64,000 nucleotides of DNA from Emiliania huxleyi CCMP1516 (GCF_000372725.1 NW_005202428.1:2407791-2471790); one strand, 5' to 3'; counted from the first letter of the stretch, positions 37,666 to 48,730 are shown. Notes: a model not told the origin generated them from the sequence alone. Numbers and translations: made by a program.

Positions 37666-39020
37666 CTAGCTGACGCACACCACAGATGCGGTGGCGCTGC
37701 GCACGTCGTCGTTGGCCGCTGCCGCACCAATGGCGGGCAGCCGCAGCAGCGAGAAGCCGGTGATGGCCAATAGTGCGAGAGCTGCCCCCGCCATGCCCTG
37801 CGAGCACAGAGACGATCCGAAGGAGGTATGGGCAATGGGGCAGCCTGCTTTCCCAATGCGAGCCAGTGTTGCTACAGTGCTGACTGCAGAGTCCTGCGGC
37901 GTCGGAGGAGCGTCGTAGAAGAGCGCGCCCACGACGATGACGGAGCAGGTTTTGACCTACGATAGCAAGGAGATGGGCTGGCCAGAAGACAGCCGAGAGA
38001 TAGCCGAGAAACAGCCGTACGGCCTGACCTGCCCAAGCAGCACGTGTGCCAGCGCGCTAATCAGCCCGAAGATGGCCGTCGCCGACGTGGTCGCCTAATC
38101 TCGTAGGAGAAGGTGATCTCGGTGGCTGTCACCTGTCAGCGAGGTAGCCATCGTGATGTGGTCGCCGCTAGCGCAGCGAGCGCACTCGCCAGGATGAAGC
38201 CGAAGGTCCTTACGCTTGCCTAGGAAGAGGCAAGTGCGACGGGTGGTGGAGAGTGGCGAGGGAGGAGCGGTGAGGCGCGTGCAAGCTGTACCGCTGTACG
38301 TCGACCGAGCTCGTTTGTATCTCGACTGTATGTCGGCCGCATCTCGAAATCCCGATTTTCATCTCGGTTTGCCGGCTGAATCTCACCCAATCGCAGGTGG
38401 CGAGGTGCGGCAGGTCCCGGTCCAGCAGCGGCACGTAGGCGAGGGAGAGGAGCGTCATGGCGGGGAGCGCGTTGCTCAGCACCTGCAGCGCACTGAGCCC
38501 ACCGACCTGTTGCACGTGCATGTTGAGCACCTTTTGTGCCGCCGCGGTGATGACTGCCGAGCACGCGATGAGCGCACCATAGGCGTTGACCTGCACGTCG
38601 TCGACGCTTGCCACGCCCACACCGAGGCAGGCGAGTACCAGCGCGACGCCTTGCAGCAGCGTCGTGCGCCGCCCGTACACCACAAAGTCAAATGCGACCA
38701 GCGATGGTGTCACAAGGATCTTAACGAGCTGGTAGAAGCCGACGGAGTTTCGGTCGAGCGAGACGTTGGAGAGAGCGTTGCACGCGCTCCAGCAGCACAC
38801 GAGGAGGTAGAAATTATGGCGCTGCGTCAGCGGGACTGGCCGCTTCTCAAATCCGCCCGCCACATGCACGAACTCGATTGCTCGCCGCGACAGCGTAGTG
38901 CAGCGTCGTGAGCGCTGCAGGGAACGGGAAGGACTTGAAGGTCTCGCGGTTCAGCGAGATGCACATGATGGCGGCGACAAAGTTCGCTGAGAGCAGTGCG
39001 GCGTTGCGGGCGATGGACAT
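37666..39020 (-). CDS. SLC35E/TPT-family nucleotide-sugar transporter, multi-exon, apparent 1-nt frameshift near 38880
   Basis: FPFPAALTTLHY, SNVSLDRNSVGFYQLVKILVTP, ALAHVLLGQVKTC. Confidence 0.85.
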
Positions 39021-39172
39021 AACGCACGATGGTGCGCAGCACGCGCGCGGCGGCAGACCGGCAGTGCGGTATCAATACAGCAGGGATGGTCCCCGAGGGC
39101 AAGCGTGAGCGGGGGCTTCGCCGGCCGAACGAGACACGTGTCGGACGTTCTGCGCGCGGGAAGTGCAGGATT

Positions 39173-39465
39173 CTGTGATCTGTGATCTGTAAGGGTCCGC
39201 TGACAGGCGCATTTTGTATACCGAGGCGGTGCCCGGTGCCGAACCTGTCGGACCTTAAGACAGCGTTGTAGATCCCTGGGCGAGGGTGGTGGCGTCCCCG
39301 TCGGGTCAGGGCTGAGGGCGGGGGAGACCAACCCGATCTCTCCGGCGTCCCGGGAGCGTGATTGCCACCTCCCCCTCTGCTCCCCCTGTGCCAACAGCCC
39401 CGTGGGGGTAGACCGCTCGTCTAGCCAATCAGCCTTAAGCGAGCGGTCTGGCCTTTGGAATGGCC
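39173..39465 (+). mobile_element. Element B leader, copy 1
   Basis: Matches 46655-47003 in two blocks; starts (CTGTGAT)2, ends at TGGAATGGCC. Confidence 0.75.
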
Positions 39466-41230
39466 GAGTTTGGTGTGGACTTGCGTCCTCGCATCGATCG
39501 TGGTTGTAGGGATATCGTTATGAACAACAATCACCACTCAGGGAGGCGGCTGTCCCTGAAGGCGAACCTCAGTTACGAGCCACCCCCCCTACTTGCCTCC
39601 TCTTTGTTCCCTGGCTTTCTGTCTCTTGCGCGCCTGCCGTCCAAGCTGTGCCCCCCGCATCTCGCCTCCTCGCACCCACCCCGGTGGGGGGGCGCCTTCG
39701 TGCCTTTCGTCCCCTGCAGTGCGTGCGCGCTCCTCCCCGTACGTCACCGGCCCCCCGTCCTCTGAGTGCTGTTGGCTCGCTCCCTCTCCCTGATTCATCG
39801 AGTCGCTACGTTCATTCTCAAATCGCCCCCGCTTCCTCGGCGGCTGGGACGTCTCGTGCTCTGGCTGTTCCTCGTCTACGTCCATCACTGTGAATTCGTC
39901 GTCTGCCTGGCTGCCTTCGTTTGGGCGGCCCGTTTCGGGTGGTTGCTCGCTCGGTCCTGGCTCTGCTGCGCGGTCGCCGCTGTCTCCTCGTCGTCGCTTC
40001 TTGCGCCAACGTCGCTGTCGTCGTTGGCTTGGCCGGCGCGGGCTTGCCTAGTTTCGCCCCCCCTGTGCCCGAGCCGCAGTTCGAATCGTATCTCTGGGCC
40101 GGCGCGGGGGCCCCAGAGGGTGTCCATGCGGGGGGGAGATGGGGTCCCCCAGCCCGCCGCAGGCGCCGATTTTTCCGCGCTTTTTTTCTTTTTTGGCGAT
40201 TTTTTACTTGTTTTCATGGGAATTCGGGCGTCCTTGCGGGGCCATGCTATCACGCCTTGCGACAGCCTGTCGGCGCTGCTGACCGTGCCATGATGCACAA
40301 TTGATCACCTGCATAGCTCGCGGCCTTAGTATCAAGCATTCAGTGACGACCTGATCGTACGGCCAGTAGGAAGGTGTCCTTCCATCGTGTGCACGCTTCT
40401 GACGCAATGCGCGTCACCTCGGATTGGCTGCTGGCACTCTCGAGGCTATGCCTACACAGCCTCGCGCGCATGGGCAGTCAAAAGGGACCACGCACCTTCT
40501 CAGGACAGCGCCGGTGCCTCTCTCTTGGACCGGCAAACTTGGTGGTATCGTGTCACCAATGTGGGACCAGTGCGGCATCGCGCCATCGACAGCTCTGAAC
40601 TGCGCCTCACCACTGACCGGGAAGGCCGCCAAGTGGGCCAGCACAGGTCGCACATGTGGCAGCAGTCAGCAGTGCATGGCTGATAGCTAGAGCAGCAGCG
40701 TCAGGGTCGCAGGGTCGGATCGTGTCAAGCCTCTCGCCCGGCCGGCCGCGTGCAGACGTTGGCCTGTCTGCTGTCTGCAGTGATCTGTCGGCGGTCAGTA
40801 CGACCGATCAGGTTGGAGGTTTCTCATGATTGGAGGGTCTATCTGTGTGTACTCCTTGAGATCTCTCCAAATCTGCCCTCTAATCAACCGTAATCATTCG
40901 GGAAGTTGGTGCTCTGAGCGACTCTGTCTCTGAGCGCCGGAGCCCCGGTTTTCCGCACTGCGGCGCGGGGCGCACGGTGTGGGCCGGGGCCCCCGCGCCG
41001 GCCCAGAGAATGGTATTCGATCCATGAACCGTTGCGCCGCGAGCTGGTTCCGCCGTTCTCTCCTCGCGCGCGTCCGTTGGCTGCCCTGGCTGCTCTGGCT
41101 TCTAGACACATATGGACCTTCAAACTTTGACACACCACACACGTTTCTTAGTCATAGATAGTCTCCAGAGTCCCGCGAGAGAGACTCTCCGCAAACGCGC
41201 ACCCATGCCACATCATCTCCCGCCCGCACG

Positions 41231-42383
41231 TCACACACCGGCCAGCAGCTCCGTAAACCGGCTGAGCACGATCTCGTTCTCGCACGAGACCGCCCTCGCA
41301 TTGTAGGGCGGGACGCAGCGCAGGCAACCGAGCACCTGAGCATTTGGGGTTGGGGGTCTCGCCGTGATGAAAAATAGTCGGGGTCTAAAAGCGCTGCGGC
41401 GCACCAGCAAGTCTTCCCCTCCGCACCCCTCCAGCTGGAAGGGGATGCGCTGCCGCCGGAGCGCCTGACGGAGTGTGTGGTGATGGTGGTGTGGGAGGGA
41501 GGGCGGAGGCGGCGTGCTTGGCGGAGATATGGGGAGATGCGGCGAGATGTGGGCGAGATGTGGGGGAGATTGGGCCGAGTTGGATTTGTGCTACTGGGAG
41601 GCGTGCGGCGGATCTGCGTCGATCTACGGGAGAAGAGACGTGGTGACGTTCAAGGGACCACACGCCATTGGCACGGCGAACCGAGCTCGTGTGAATATGA
41701 GTGTGCGTGTGCGTGTGTGCAGTCTGCGTGTGCGTGCGTGTGTCTGTTGAGATGTGCCCCTCTCCGGGACGCCTCGCAGATGGCGTCTCTTCGCCCCTCG
41801 ATCTCCGCGGGCGTGGCGGTCGAGTCGCTCTGCCTCGACGCGGGCGCCAGGGCGGGCGGGCGGCCGCAGTCCGGCGGCGAGCGAGGAGTGCCTACGCGGG
41901 AGGATGCGGACCACGTGGCACGTGGCGGCCGGCGCAGCGGAAATGTTGAGGACCAGTCTCGCCGTGTGTGGAGACCTCCGCGATGGCGTCATGCAGCAGT
42001 ACCATTGGCAGCACGGCGCCGGGCGGGCCGGCCTGCGAGGGAGCGAGAGTGCCATGAGTCGAGCTGCAAGTCGAGGCGCTGTCTGGGAGCGCGCGGATGG
42101 ACATCTGGCACTGTGGTGTGGCCGAGGACAGGCGGACGCCAGCCATAAGCAGTGGCCGGTGGCGCTTTGCACCGGTTCGGGCCGGAGGAGCACGACGTTG
42201 CCCGTCTCGGGGTCCACAGCGTGCACAAAGCCGAGGTGCACGCTGCCGTCGATGAGGTGCGCGGTGATCCAGGCGCCTGGGGCAGAGGTGGTCGGGCTCG
42301 CTGGTAGCGGCGCTAGAGCAGCGGCGCCACACCGGACCTGTCAGGCCGAGCAGCCCCTGGCGGCTGCTGCTGGGCGACTGCAT
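41231..42383 (-). CDS. GEMIN6: Gemin6-like Sm-fold protein, multi-exon
   Basis: GFVHAVDPETGNVVLL, LRRQRIPF, VLGCLRCVPPY..SCENEIVLSRF. Confidence 0.75.
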
Positions 42384-42568
42384 CCGCTGCGTCTTGGCCT
42401 CTGCCCTCTAACGACACGGCGCGCTCTGGTGAATTGAGAAAATCAGGCACACCGCCCCCGGGAAGCCTGCGGGCGAAGTTCTTTCGAGGTCTTGAGGCGA
42501 GCCGAGTTCTGCTGCGAGAACACGCTGATCGCCCTGCGCTCCGCCATCGCTCAGGTCCCAAACCGAGC

Positions 42569-43734
42569 ATGAAACCGCGCGTAAGCGTCGCCCTCCTCTC
42601 CTCCCTCGCCATCGGCGCACGGGCACTGTCATTAGCAGCGCCGCATGCCGCGGCCGGCTGCTCGCGCACGCCCGTGCTCAGCATGGGTCTCTTCCCGAGC
42701 GAGGAGGGTGCGGCGACGGTTGAGCCACGCAACGTGCGCCTCGCTCGGCTGCTCGGCGCGCTGGTCGGCGCGAGCGAGGCGGACGCGGCGTCGCTCCTCG
42801 ATTCACACACGGAGCTGCTGCTCGAGCCGTTTTCGGCAGGCTCGCACGTGTCTGGCTCCGTCTTTCGCGACGGCATGACGCTCGACGACAAGCTAGCGGA
42901 ATATGAGCGCTCGCTGGCCGAGCGCATCTCCGCTGCCTCGTCTGAGCCGGTCGCCTCTGCGCTGACGGCCATGCGCGACCACACCATTGCCGCTGCTGCG
43001 AGGCTACGAGGCGGTGCGGTCAGCCGCGCTTGCGCAGTCCGCACGGCGACCGCAGCGGCGGCGGCGATGGTGCGGCTGCCCGCTTCCGCTGCCGACCCGG
43101 CCACGGAGACGCGCGCATTGCTCGCGGAGGCGCGGCGCCAGCTCGATCCGTGCCAGGCGCAGATTGCCGACGGGAGCTGGGACGCCGTCCGCACGGTGGT
43201 CAAGACTGCGCCGCTGGCGAGCGTGCCCAAGCTCGTCACGAGGTATATCGCCGAGCAAGGCGCCGCCGCCGCCGAGGGAGGCTCGTCGGCCGGCTCGGCG
43301 GCACCCTGACCTCCACCCTCGGCTGCACCCTCGGCTGTAGGCGAAGCCGCCGAGGAGCTCGTCGTGCCTCGGCAAGACTTTGTGCAGGCACTGCAGCTCC
43401 TCGACATGGGCGTGTACAACAACAACTTTGTGTCGGAGCAGAACTCCCCCGGCGCGCGTGGCAAGGGCGTGCAGGTGTGGGAGAGAGGGAGAGGGAGGGA
43501 GACAGAGAGAGCTCTCTCGGCCAACCTCAGACATCTCGTAAACTCTGGCTAGCCCTGCCTCTCCGCCTCGCCTCGCCTCGAGCTGTGCCGGCGCACGACT
43601 CCTCCTCCTCTCCGCTCAACGTGGCCAGCCTGTGCGTGCAGGTGGACCGAGAGACGCCGTTGCGCCACCTCGCCGAAGCCAAAGCAGCGCTCGACGAGAT
43701 TCTCGCTTTCTCGGCTGCCGGTGGCGTCCCGTAG
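42569..43734 (+). CDS. Plastid-targeted protein with a PsbQ-like thylakoid-lumen helical bundle, multi-exon
   Basis: Signal + transit peptide; IADGSWDAVRTVV, LQLLDMGVYNNNF, LAEAKAALDEIL. Confidence 0.6.
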
Positions 43735-43742
43735 CGGTGGTA

Positions 43743-43918
43743 GCACTTGGAGTGCAGTCATTAGCCTCACACCCCAGGGCCGGGGAGCTAAGTCCTAAGA
43801 AGCGCACCCAGCGGGCCGGATGATCGACGGGATCGGGCTACGAGCAAGAAAGCCCCGACGGTGACACTGGGGGGTGCGCCGTGCGCTTTCGCAGCAGGGG
43901 GGCAAACGTAGACAGGAG
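43743..43918 (-). mobile_element. Family M copy
   Basis: rc matches ~19885-20036; flanked by/ending in AGCACTTGGAGTGCA. Confidence 0.65.
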
Positions 43919-43933
43919 AGCACTTGGAGTGCA

Positions 43934-44486
43934 AAAGAAAGAAAGAAAACAGACAACCCAAGGGAGGGATGGGAGGACGGCACGCCGCCACCACACAGGG
44001 ATTTTAAGGAGAGGAGTGTGATGCGCTAGCCGTCGCCCACCCTAGGGAGTCTGCCTCTTCCTATCTCTTTTCGCAGTCTCTCGCCGATTCTCGCTGCAAC
44101 CTTCATGCCACCTCGCGGCCGTCCCACTCTCGTCGTTCTCTCCCTTGTCACTTCCTCCTCTGTCGCGTCATTCTCTTCTGCCTCGTCCTGCGCCGCCGCC
44201 GCCTGCCGTTCCCTTGTTCTCTCGGCTTCTTTCGCCTTTCGGCGCAGCTCCGCCCTCCTTGCTGCATATCCTGGCCCCTCGAGTCTATCGAGCTCCCCTC
44301 GCGCAAGGACCACATTTCTGACTCCCACTCCGATCATTTGCCTCCAGGTCATGTTGTTGCTCAGGTCCACTCTCTCTTCGAACACTCGTGCCTCTACGGA
44401 TGATGCCGGCGCTGGGGTCCCCTTCGGATGCATCGTGACATCTGACAACTGAATTTCCACTGGTTCGTCCTCCTCGGAGTCATCTT
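43934..44486 (-). mobile_element. Family C 5'-truncated copy
   Basis: 12-bp TSD ACTTGGAGTGCA (43922-43933, 44487-44498); least disrupted C-terminal ORF remnant 44026-44460. Confidence 0.88.
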
Positions 44487-44590
44487 ACTTGGAGTGCAGT
44501 TGGGAACGCCATTATTCATTCTTCATCTTCGATCAAACCTGCTCACTTTGCAGGCAGGGACACGCAGCGCTTCTGCCACCCGCCTCCGAG

Positions 44591-45280
44591 ATGCCCCCGT
44601 CCGGGCCCCACCGACCGCCGCGTGGCTCCCCGCCGCTCATCGATGACGCCGGCGAGGCAGAGCCCGACTGGCTCCGCGAGGCGGAAGCTGCAGTCTCTCC
44701 GCCCAAAGCCGCTTCCAAGATTGAGCGCCGTGGCTCCTTCACGAGGATCGTCAGCCGGCTTCGCGCCGCTTCGCCAGGCGAGGAGGAGCCGCTGTGGTTG
44801 CAGAGCGCCGCCGAGCTCGTATCTCTGCATGACGACGCGCCGAGCGATGCGGCGCCTAGGCCGAGCAGGCCCGGGTGGCGCGGCGGCGCTCAGCCAAAGG
44901 CGGGTCTGGTCTGGGTGTGCTTCACGTTGCTTGGCGCAGCCTGCGGCGCCGCGGCCATGTGCGGCGGCGCGTCGCTGGCCGTCCAGCTCTGCGCCGGCGT
45001 CGCACGCGCCACCGGCCGGTGCCCGGCACGCCTTGACCGCAATGGCGCTCTTGAGGCTGCGCTGGCAGAGGTCGCGATGCTGCGGAGCGAGCTGGCACGG
45101 AGCGAGCGAGCGCTGGCTGAGGCGACCCGAATGCAAGACACGGCAGGTGTGTGGGGTTGGTGGCTCTGCGCTGCGGCTCTCGTGGGCTTCACCCTCGCCA
45201 TGGCAGCCATTGGAACGAGGGAGCTGGTGGCGAGCCATGTGTCACAATCGCACACTCACCGCGTCAACACACCGAGCTGA
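44591..45280 (+). CDS. Hypothetical protein, two TM segments flanking a coiled coil
   Basis: Intronless ATG ORF; EPDWLREA/EPLWLQSA repeats. Confidence 0.55.
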   Translation: MPPSGPHRPPRGSPPLIDDAGEAEPDWLREAEAAVSPPKAASKIERRGSFTRIVSRLRAASPGEEEPLWLQSAAELVSLHDDAPSDAAPRPSRPGWRGGAQPKAGLVWVCFTLLGAACGAAAMCGGASLAVQLCAGVARATGRCPARLDRNGALEAALAEVAMLRSELARSERALAEATRMQDTAGVWGWWLCAAALVGFTLAMAAIGTRELVASHVSQSHTHRVNTPS

Positions 45281-45582
45281 GTGAGGGGGCGGGTTCGTTT
45301 ACGTGGACAAATAATATTACGACCAAGACAGAGCTCACATACATCACACACACACCGCCGTCGCAAGCGCGGAAGCACGACGCGCGCGTCATGTGCGATG
45401 TGGCGGCTGGCGCGCGCGTGTCGTGCTGCTGAGGTGTATTTTTTGCGTGCTGGTGGTGTATTTCTGTATTCGTGTGTATATCCTGTCCGCGCACGGAGTG
45501 CTGCTGCCCCGGACGTTCCGCTCACGCGCGACGCGGCACCGCACACGCGCGATTTCCTGTGCTCCGACGCATCACGAAAGGT

Positions 45583-46492
45583 TCAGATCGAGAAGCCGCG
45601 CAGCGAAGCGCCCATGGCGTGGAACCAAATCTGCTCGCTCCGCACTGCGGCGGCGGCGGCGGCGGAGGTGGGCGGGGAGGCGGGGTCGATGCCGTCCACT
45701 GGCGCGTCGCACCAGCCCAAAGCCTCGTCGAGGGAGGCTGAGCCGGCCTCCGCAGGCGGCGCGCCGAGCTCGATAAAGCAGGCGTGAGCGCGGCGCAGCT
45801 TGAGCCGCAACGCAGGCCGTGGGCGGAACGGGCTCGGCAGCGGTGCGGCACGAGGCGCCTGCAGCAGCAGATGCAGCCGGCAGAGGCCGAGTCGGAGGCT
45901 GGCGAGATCGCCGCACACCTGGCGCCGAGTGAGGGGCGGCGGGCGGTGAGAGCGCGGACAGGGCGGAGAGATTGAGGGACGGGGAGGCGTGGCGGGTGGG
46001 CCTCACCCGGACGAGCTCTCTCACGAGACGGCGCTGCAAGCCGCGCAGCTCTGCAGCGGAAGGCGCGGCGGCGGTCGGGCCCGCGTGGCCTCGGACCAGG
46101 AAGACGGCTCGCGGCGACGCCAGCGAGCCGCCGAGGACGAGCGCAGCCACCAGCGGCGGGCTGCCGCCGTGTGCGCTGCCGGGAGGCTGGACGGCGGCGA
46201 GGGCGCGAGGCAGGGCGCCAAAGAGGAGGTTAAAGGAGGCGACCAGCTTACGCGTTCGGCGAAGCATTGTCCGCCGGCGCGAGGCCTTGCGGCAGCGGCC
46301 CGGTGCCGGCCCGGATGGGCCGAGCGCCTCTGCCGCGAGGGCGTCGTACGGCCCTGGGATCTGGCCGTGGATATACAGCACGTGCTTGGCGAGCGCCTCG
46401 AGCAGCGCGCCCGCCGCAGCCGGCGACGCCGCTTCGGCGAGGGCCACGGGCGCGTGGAGGCGCAGCAACTGCTTCGCTGCGCGCGGCGCCAT
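45583..46492 (-). CDS. MAD2L1BP: p31comet (MAD2L1-binding protein)-like HORMA protein, 2 exons
   Basis: LAKHVLYIHGQIPGPYDAL, LVLGGSLASPRAVF, RRLVRELV, IWFH..LRGF. Confidence 0.7.
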
Positions 46493-46542
46493 GCTCGGAA
46501 GCCCTTCGTCCGAGCCTTTCGAAAAAACCGCGGTGAAGGGTA

Positions 46543-46654
46543 CTTGAGCACTTGAGCACTGGATAGGGTCGGTTCCGCATGGTACGGGACCCCTCGATCG
46601 TCTCGCCCACCCTCACTGGTGTGTTCATCGGGTGGGGTCATAACAAACACGGTA
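46543..46654 (-). mobile_element. SINE-like family A 3' fragment
   Basis: rc of ~23769-23881; abuts element B. Confidence 0.85.
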
Positions 46655-48320
46655 CTGTGATCTGTGATCTGTGAGGGTCCGTCCGCCCGCAGGCGCATTT
46701 TGTATACCGAGGCGGTGCCCGGTGCCGAACCTGTCGGACCTTAAGACAGCATTGTAGATCCCTGGGCGAGGGTGATGGCGTCCCCGTCGGGAGGGGCTGT
46801 GCGGCTGTCTGGGGGGGTGCCCTCCCACCGTCACCTCACCAGCGTCCCGGTGAGTACGGCGATCAGAGCTCCCCCGGTCGTCGCGCTAAACCGTAACCCG
46901 CCGAGGCGGGCCGGATCCACGCGTTGCCAGACCGCCCCGTTGGAGGTAGACCGCTCGTCTAGCCAATCAGCCTTAAGCGAGCGGCCTGGCCGTTGGAATG
47001 GCCTAAGACCAGTCCCCGTCGGGAGAGATCGTCTGGCGGAGGTGATCCTCAAGAGGTGATCTACCGTCACCTCGCCGGCGTGCCCGGCGAGTTCGGCTTA
47101 GATCTCCCCTCCCGCGCCAGACAGTCCCTGTGGTGGTCACGCGGCCTCTGGCTGGAACGGGATCTACCTCGCAAGCGAGTCACCCGGGCCGGCGCGCGTC
47201 TTCCGGGAGAGGGGCGGGAGCGAGGGACCTTGTCATGCGACGCGGGGCCGTCCGTCGACGGGGCGGCGTCGGCCTCCGACTCGCGACGGCGGTGCGTGGG
47301 TGGCGCCGCTCAGGCGACTGCGCGCGCGCCAAACCGGGAGGTGCACTCCACCATCACCCAATTTGATCGGGGGGATCGCCCGTTCGGGCTGGTTGTCCTC
47401 GGCGCCGGGCGCCTACGCGAGGGGAGCATGGACGACTTCATTCCCTCTGGCGAGCTCGCGTACCTTGCGGTGGACCTGCGGCGGGGCAGCGGTATGGACG
47501 TGCAGCAGCGGGCTGTGGCCGACGCCATCGGCGGGCGGATCTCATCCGGGCAGCTCACCGGCGTGCACATCTCGCTCAACTGTAGCACGTGGTCGCCGGC
47601 GCTGTGCCTGTCGCAGGACGGCGGCCCCCCCATCGGCCAGTATCGTGGACCCGACGCCCCGAGGGGGAAGCCCTCGCTGAGCCCGGAGAAGCTACAGCGC
47701 TGTGAAGCCGATAGCCAGGCGAGGGACAACTCGCTTGCGCTAGCGTTGCAGATCCATCGCCGCGGCGGCTCCGTCTCGATCGAGAGCTCGCCCGACTGTA
47801 AGGACTCGAGCAAGCCGTGGTTCCGATCAGGAAACGGCTACAGCACGGCAGATCACTACTCTTACTGGGACGGAGAGGACATGCAGACGTACATCCGGGA
47901 GACCGAGTCGGTCTTTGTGACCCTGCCGCGCTGCGCGGCGGCCGAGGACGACTCTAACCCGGGCTACCAGAAGTACATGACCTTTCTGCTCAACCCAGCC
48001 GCGGCACGGCGAGCGCAGCTGCTGCGGCAGCTCTCGGACAAGGGCTGCACTCACCGACGAGGAGAGCACGTCCGGCTTCGGGGCAACGACGTCGACGGCG
48101 TGTCCCACAGCCGCAAGGCGGAGGAGTACCCTCCAGCTCTCTCTCGGGCGGTCGTGGCGCTGCATTACGACCCGGAACCACCCCCCGCGGCGACGGCTGA
48201 TCAAGCTGTCGTGGTCGCACCACCTGATGCCGCGTGGGGCGGCGCCGTGCAGCCGCCTTCGGAGGATCCACCCACAGACGGGCGCGCAAGCGGCAAGCGA
48301 GCGCCGAGCGGGGCGCCACC
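46655..48320 (+). mobile_element. Element B copy 2, probably 3'-truncated, carrying the MTase-like ORF (right end approximate)
   Basis: Leader repeated at 39173; intronless ORF follows. Confidence 0.6.
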
Positions 48321-48444
48321 TCAGTCAGGCGGCCGTGGCGGCGGCATTGCGCGGTGCGCAGCCAGGCCAGCGGCACCGCCGTGTGCCTCCTCCTGTCGAC
48401 GCTCCTCCTGCTGCCTCTTTTGCGCGCGGGCCTCGGAAAGCTGA
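46993..48444 (+). CDS. Divergent C5-cytosine DNA methyltransferase-like protein (domain ~47380-48170)
   Basis: Ordered motifs: VVLGAG (I), AVD (II), GMDV (III), SLNCSTWS (IV), SIESSP (VI), RC..GYQKYMTF (VIII), AEEYPPALSRAV (X). Confidence 0.65.
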   Translation: MEWPKTSPRRERSSGGGDPQEVIYRHLAGVPGEFGLDLPSRARQSLWWSRGLWLERDLPRKRVTRAGARLPGEGRERGTLSCDAGPSVDGAASASDSRRRCVGGAAQATARAPNREVHSTITQFDRGDRPFGLVVLGAGRLREGSMDDFIPSGELAYLAVDLRRGSGMDVQQRAVADAIGGRISSGQLTGVHISLNCSTWSPALCLSQDGGPPIGQYRGPDAPRGKPSLSPEKLQRCEADSQARDNSLALALQIHRRGGSVSIESSPDCKDSSKPWFRSGNGYSTADHYSYWDGEDMQTYIRETESVFVTLPRCAAAEDDSNPGYQKYMTFLLNPAAARRAQLLRQLSDKGCTHRRGEHVRLRGNDVDGVSHSRKAEEYPPALSRAVVALHYDPEPPPAATADQAVVVAPPDAAWGGAVQPPSEDPPTDGRASGKRAPSGAPPQSGGRGGGIARCAARPAAPPCASSCRRSSCCLFCARASES

Positions 48445-48620
48445 GCCTTGTTCCACACGGCATAGGAATTGCCGTGGCACGAGTTGTACCGAGCAGGCGG
48501 CATGGCGAGCACCTCTTCCGCCGCGAGGCCGAACTCGGCGCAGGCGCGGCTGAGCGCGAGCACCTGCTTCTCGTATGAGGTCTCGACGGCAGGGCGGCCG
48601 TACGAGTAGCCGCGTCGCAT
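48321..48620 (-). CDS. Small hypothetical protein, possibly truncated by element B
   Basis: ATG-initiated 99-aa ORF with a charged helix. Confidence 0.3.
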   Translation of the reverse strand: MRRGYSYGRPAVETSYEKQVLALSRACAEFGLAAEEVLAMPPARYNSCHGNSYAVWNKAQLSEARAQKRQQEERRQEEAHGGAAGLAAHRAMPPPRPPD

Positions 48621-48730
48621 CGCACCTCAAAAGGCAACGCAGGACGCGCCCGTCGCCACCGAAATGGGCGCGAAAGCCGAAAGCGAAAAAGCTTCTGAGA
48701 CACCCCGTCAGCAGTTCACCCTCGGTATGT

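Noticed and set aside
39190..39260. Self-cleaving ribozyme in the element B leader
   Set aside because: Stems are present, but no hammerhead (CUGANGA/GAAA) or HDV core could be fitted by eye.
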